From: Candidatus Zhuqueibacterota bacterium
GTDB taxonomy: Bacteria > Zhuqueibacterota > Zhuqueibacteria > Residuimicrobiales > Oceaniaggregativiventaceae
NCBI GenBank assembly: GCA_014728085.1
Contig: WJMF01000230.1
Coordinates: 5,276 to 69,275 of the forward strand
DNA length: 64,000 bases
Reading direction: 5' to 3'
In this document: piece after piece, positions 59,882-64,000 of the stretch
Position numbering within the stretch: the stretch's first letter is position 1
Layout: the number at the start of each line of letters is the position of its first letter
The notes under the pieces: generated by a model
What the model was told of the DNA's origin: nothing
Database searches by the model: none
Seen by the model: only the letters and a program-made list of their open reading frames with translations
Translations under genes and position numbers: made by a program

Positions 59882-60862
59882 CTAGTCGATATACAATGCT
59901 CTTTTTGCAGCATTTACAACTTTGCCGGCACCGGGTATGACCTCTTTTTCCAAATTATGCGCATAGGGCATGGGGATATCTTCGCCGCTAATGCGTTCAA
60001 CCGGGGCGTCGAGATAATCAAAAGCCATCTTGTTGATCCGAAAGGCGATTTCAGCACCAACACCGGCATATGGCCATCCCTCTTCGACGACGACACAGCG
60101 GTTGGTTTTTTCAATAGAAGTGATGATCATCTGTTCATCCAGGGGTTTAAGCGTTCTCGGGTCGATCACTTCTGCATCAATTCCCTCTTTTTCAAGCAAA
60201 GAGGCCGCTTCCATACAAACATGCAACATTTTATTCCATCCAATCAGAGTGATATCTTTGCCCTCGCGTTTGATCTCACCGGTTCCGATGGGGATGATAT
60301 ATTCAGTATCCGGCACTTCGCCTTTCATGCCATACATCGCTTCGCTTTCGATAAATATGACCGGATTATCGTCCCGAAGAGCGGCCTTGAGCATGCCTTT
60401 ACCGTCTCTTGGAGTACCGGGAGACATGACGATCAAACCGGGAACATTGCAGAACCACGGATCGAGACACTGGGAGTGTTGTGCACCGAGCATATGTGCC
60501 GCCCCGCCCGGTCCGCGAAAGACGATAGGTACTTTTATCTGTCCGCCGGACATATACCGCAGTTTGGCGGCGTTGTTGAATATCTGATCAAGTGCGAGTA
60601 TGGAAAAATTAAATGTCATGAATTCAATAATGGGCCGTAGTCCTGTCATTGCGGCACCGATGCCGACGCCGGCAAAGCCGAGCTCGGCGATGGGCGTATC
60701 GATCACCCTTTTGGTGCCAAAGCGCTCCATCAGTCCCTGGCTAACCTTATATGCTCCCTGATAGTATCCGACTTCCTCTCCCATCAGAAAGATATTTTCA
60801 TCGCGTTCCATTTCTTCAGCCATTGCCTGGTTCAAGGCTTCTCTAAACGTAATTTCTGCCAT
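59882..60862 (-). CDS. pdhB: Pyruvate dehydrogenase E1 beta
   Basis: MGEEVG.YQGAYKVS, DTPIAE, FRGPGG and AQHSQ. Confidence 0.95.
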   Translation of the reverse strand: MAEITFREALNQAMAEEMERDENIFLMGEEVGYYQGAYKVSQGLMERFGTKRVIDTPIAELGFAGVGIGAAMTGLRPIIEFMTFNFSILALDQIFNNAAKLRYMSGGQIKVPIVFRGPGGAAHMLGAQHSQCLDPWFCNVPGLIVMSPGTPRDGKGMLKAALRDDNPVIFIESEAMYGMKGEVPDTEYIIPIGTGEIKREGKDITLIGWNKMLHVCMEAASLLEKEGIDAEVIDPRTLKPLDEQMIITSIEKTNRCVVVEEGWPYAGVGAEIAFRINKMAFDYLDAPVERISGEDIPMPYAHNLEKEVIPGAGKVVNAAKRALYID

Positions 60863-60893
60863 TTTTTATTCTCTCAGTTAATTGATTTTATAC

Positions 60894-61853
60894 TTAGACA
60901 TATACATCTTCAAAACGGGAGTCGAGCTCCGGCTCGGCACTTTTTTCCGCAAAATCCACCGAATCGAGAACGATTCTTTTCGTTTCACTTTCGATCTCTT
61001 TTATATCCTCTTTGGTCAGAACCTTATCTTTGAGAAGTTTTTCCTGAAAGCCTTTCAGGGGGTCCTTTAATTTTTGGTCTTCAACTTCTTCCCTGGTGCG
61101 ATAGTGGGAGTGAACCGGATCCGACATCGAGTGGCCGCGAAAGCGATAGGTTCGGGCCTCGATCAGCGTCGGTTCACTTTCCTTGCGGGCTCTGTTGACA
61201 GCCTTCTCCATAACATCATAGACGGCCAAAACGTCCATTCCGTCTACAGTGTCTCTGGCCATATCGTATGAACAAGCTTTTTGTGACAGGTCCCATACTG
61301 CCGAGGCTCGTTCCAGCGGTGTTCCCATTCCGTATCGATTGTTTTCGATAAGATAAATGACCGGTAATTTCCATAATTTTGCCAGATTCAATGATTCGTG
61401 AAATGCACCCTGATGAACAGCGCCTTCACCAAACGAAACGACAACAACGCCGTCCTCTTCGCGGTATTTGATGGCAAATCCCACGCCCGTGGCGAGGGGG
61501 ATTTGTCCGGCTACGATTCCATGACCGCCCAGATAGCGTTTTTCGATATCAAACAGATGCATCGATCCGCCTTTTCCTTTGGAGATTCCGGTTCCCTTTC
61601 CATAGAGTTCCGCCATGACGGCTTTGGGATCGGACCCCTTGGCCAAAATGTGACCATGATCCCGATAAGCGGAAATCAGGTAATCCTCCGGCCGCATTGC
61701 GGCCACGGTGCCCACCCCGGTTGCTTCCTGGCCGATATAGAGATGGCAAAATCCGCCTATTTTTTGCATGCCGTACATTTGTGCAGCCCGTTCTTCGAAT
61801 CTGCGAATGAGCAACATCATGCGGTACATCCAAACGAGTTTTTCTTTTTTCAT
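60894..61853 (-). CDS. pdhA: Pyruvate dehydrogenase E1 alpha
   Basis: GFCHLYIGQEA, YRDHG, GKGGSMH, GEGA...N and YRFRGHSMSDP. Confidence 0.95.
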   Translation of the reverse strand: MKKEKLVWMYRMMLLIRRFEERAAQMYGMQKIGGFCHLYIGQEATGVGTVAAMRPEDYLISAYRDHGHILAKGSDPKAVMAELYGKGTGISKGKGGSMHLFDIEKRYLGGHGIVAGQIPLATGVGFAIKYREEDGVVVVSFGEGAVHQGAFHESLNLAKLWKLPVIYLIENNRYGMGTPLERASAVWDLSQKACSYDMARDTVDGMDVLAVYDVMEKAVNRARKESEPTLIEARTYRFRGHSMSDPVHSHYRTREEVEDQKLKDPLKGFQEKLLKDKVLTKEDIKEIESETKRIVLDSVDFAEKSAEPELDSRFEDVYV

Positions 61854-62049
61854 AATGCATTCCTGATTTGTTATGTTTTTCTGCTATTGACGCTGTCTTG
61901 ATCATAAAGCTGTTGTATCAAGACTGCAAAGATAATTTTCTGTTATTGGTCGTTGTAATGCCCCGCGCCCGTTCCCCGTCGGCGTTGTTTGAATTGTTTT
62001 TATTTATGTTATATGATGCATGAACCCGGATTTTGATTCAATATACTAC

Positions 62050-63999
62050 TTATAGTGTGGAAACCGGATCGACGTCTATTTGAACATCGATTTTGCTTTT
62101 TTTATTCTTTCGTATGTGGTCAAGTGTTTGCATCAAAATATATTTTGTCTTTACGGCATTGGTATCTATACTCTTTGCTGTAGATAACAAAATTTGCCAG
62201 CGAAAATTCCCCTGGATTTTAGAAAGCGGAGCGGGGGTAGGGCCTAACAGGCGGAATTCTTTTCTTCCTTTCAGCTGCGCAGCTAAAAGTTGTGCCTGTG
62301 TTTGAATTTCTTCTTCTGACGGACCCCGGAAGAGCAACCGGATAAAACGACTGAAAGGAGGGTAGAGTAGCTGTTTACGCTCGAGCATTTCATTTTTATA
62401 AAAGCTGATATAATCATGCGATTTAGCATAAATAAGACTGGGATGTTCGGGTGAATAGGTCTGGATGACCACAAGACCCTGTTTGTGTTTTCTTCCGGCT
62501 CTGCCGGCGACCTGGGTCAGCAACTGAAAGGCGTGTTCTCCGGCCCGAAAATCGGGCAAGAGCAGTTCGGTATCCGCAGAAATCACGCCGACGAGGGTCA
62601 CGTTGGGGAAATCCAATCCCTTTGCGACCATCTGCGTTCCCAGCAGGATTTGATATTCCTTTTGAGCGAATTTTTTTAAAATTTTGTCATGAGCGTGTTT
62701 GCCCTTGGTGGTATCCATATCCATCCGGGTGGATTTAATCCCCGGGAAAAGGAGTTTTAGTTCCTCTTCCACCCGTTGGGTACCTATGCCCTTCATAATA
62801 ATATCTTCACTTTGACACTGCGGACAAGTTACCGGTGCTTTGCGGGCATAACCGCAGTGATGGCATTTCAGTAAATTGATGGGAATATGATATGTCAGCG
62901 TAATATCACAATTTTCACAGCGGGCATCATATCCGCATTTTTTGCATTTTAAAATGGTAGCAAAGCCGCGCCGGTTTTGCAGAAGAATGACTTGTTCGCC
63001 GCGGGATAATTTCTCTTCCATAAGCTGGCGCAATGTTCGTGAAAAAATAGTCGGATCGTGTCGGCCAAGGGTACGCGGTTCACGACGCATGTCCACAATC
63101 CGGACTTTGGGCATCGAGAGCTCTTCAACCCGCTTTGGAAGCTGGAGGAGGTGAAATTTTCCGATATCTGCATTATAACGCGACTCAACAGAGGGGGTAG
63201 CAGAACCGAGAACGACAATGGCGTTGCTCAACCGGGCACGGATAATGGCCACCTCACGGGCGTGATACCGGGGTTCTATATCCGATTGCTTGTAGGAGCT
63301 ATCGTGCTCTTCATCGACAACAATGAGACCGATATTTTTCAAGGGCGCAAATATTGCCGATCTGGGGCCGATAACAATTTGATGGTTTCCGCCCCATGTT
63401 CTGCGCCATGCATCATAGCGCTCGCCGGGCGACATGCGGCTGTGAAAGACAGCCACCCTGTCGCCAAAATGAGAACGGAAGCGTCGTACCATCTGCGGCG
63501 TCAGAGCGATTTCCGGTACCAATACGATGGCTGTTTTGCCTTGAGCCAGAACCCGGTAAATCGATTCGATGTATACCTGTGTCTTGCCGCTTCCGGTTAC
63601 GCCGTGTAGCAACTGGGTTGAGAACCGATTCGAATCCAGTCTTTCATGAATGGCATTCAGAGCGTTTTTTTGTGCCGGATTCAGTGTAATTTGCGGAGGA
63701 GGCTCTGCTTCAAGATCAAAATAATAATCACGAAAAACCGTTTTTTTGAAAATGGTGACAAGTTTTTTTTCCTCGAGTTGCTGGATGGTCGACGTTGTGG
63801 TTTGTGCCTGCCTGACCAGCTCTGTGCGGTTGATTTCTTTTGCCTCTTTATGCAGTATCTCCATACAATGCGCTTGTTTGGGAGCATTGCTGCGATTTTT
63901 TGCAATCCACTCTGTTACTTGTGAAGAAGATATATTTGCAGGGATGCGAACAAAACAGTCAATTTTTTTTCCTACCCGCACTCGGGGAAGCGCAAGCTC
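62050..63999 (-). CDS. priA: Primosomal protein N' (5' end beyond the window)
   Basis: GVTGSGKT, VPEIALT, DEEH, SATPS, Zn-binding CxxC pairs and GTQMVAKGLDFP. The frame stays open to the window edge. Confidence 0.96.
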   Translation of the reverse strand, partial: ELALPRVRVGKKIDCFVRIPANISSSQVTEWIAKNRSNAPKQAHCMEILHKEAKEINRTELVRQAQTTTSTIQQLEEKKLVTIFKKTVFRDYYFDLEAEPPPQITLNPAQKNALNAIHERLDSNRFSTQLLHGVTGSGKTQVYIESIYRVLAQGKTAIVLVPEIALTPQMVRRFRSHFGDRVAVFHSRMSPGERYDAWRRTWGGNHQIVIGPRSAIFAPLKNIGLIVVDEEHDSSYKQSDIEPRYHAREVAIIRARLSNAIVVLGSATPSVESRYNADIGKFHLLQLPKRVEELSMPKVRIVDMRREPRTLGRHDPTIFSRTLRQLMEEKLSRGEQVILLQNRRGFATILKCKKCGYDARCENCDITLTYHIPINLLKCHHCGYARKAPVTCPQCQSEDIIMKGIGTQRVEEELKLLFPGIKSTRMDMDTTKGKHAHDKILKKFAQKEYQILLGTQMVAKGLDFPNVTLVGVISADTELLLPDFRAGEHAFQLLTQVAGRAGRKHKQGLVVIQTYSPEHPSLIYAKSHDYISFYKNEMLERKQLLYPPFSRFIRLLFRGPSEEEIQTQAQLLAAQLKGRKEFRLLGPTPAPLSKIQGNFRWQILLSTAKSIDTNAVKTKYILMQTLDHIRKNKKSKIDVQIDVDPVSTL

Positions 64000-64000
64000 T

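Noticed and set aside
61892-61927. Imperfect inverted repeat upstream of pdhA (GTCTTGAT/ATCAAGAC)
   Set aside because: Cannot tell an operator from a terminator or chance without comparative data.
1195-63924. Numerous long antisense or alternative-frame ORFs (e.g. 1195-1788, 18104-18760, 28080-28865, 59873-60640)
   Set aside because: They are shadows of well-supported genes on the opposite strand and show no motifs of their own.
63979-63981. GTG start for priA
   Set aside because: The frame is open to the window edge and the PriA N-terminal domain is missing, so the gene starts outside the window.

Overview
A mostly housekeeping bacterial chromosome segment of moderate GC, with most genes on the minus strand. 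Gene content points, by inference, to an FCB-superphylum lineage such as KSB1 or Calditrichota: a GWxTD protein, three secreted proteins ending in a PNPFNP/FlgD-like C-terminal domain, and a folB-folK-dNK block. Core genes are selA (cut by the left edge), pdxST, PBP1A, mreB, purH/N/F, ldcA, rimO, ftsY, folB/K, pdhABC and priA (cut by the right edge). The strongest candidate for a novel system is a tightly coupled run after purF: UbiA prenyltransferase, 2x[4Fe-4S] ferredoxin, archaeal-type geranylgeranyl reductase and CDP-alcohol phosphatidyltransferase. It resembles the late steps of archaeal isoprenoid ether-lipid synthesis in a bacterium, but GGGP synthase and CarS are not in the window. Other notable items: a JAB/MPN-DinG helicase fusion next to a beta-CASP nuclease, a 2.8-kaa SGNH/FG-GAP/Ig-repeat surface protein with a domain nested inside an Ig repeat, a ~190-nt structured ncRNA candidate (6S-like), a structured 5' leader, a decayed mazEF-type toxin-antitoxin pair, and a LytS/LytTR pair facing an orphan MotA/ExbB-like gene. 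No rRNA, tRNA, CRISPR array or intact transposase was recognised. All family calls come from motif recognition by eye; no database searches were run.
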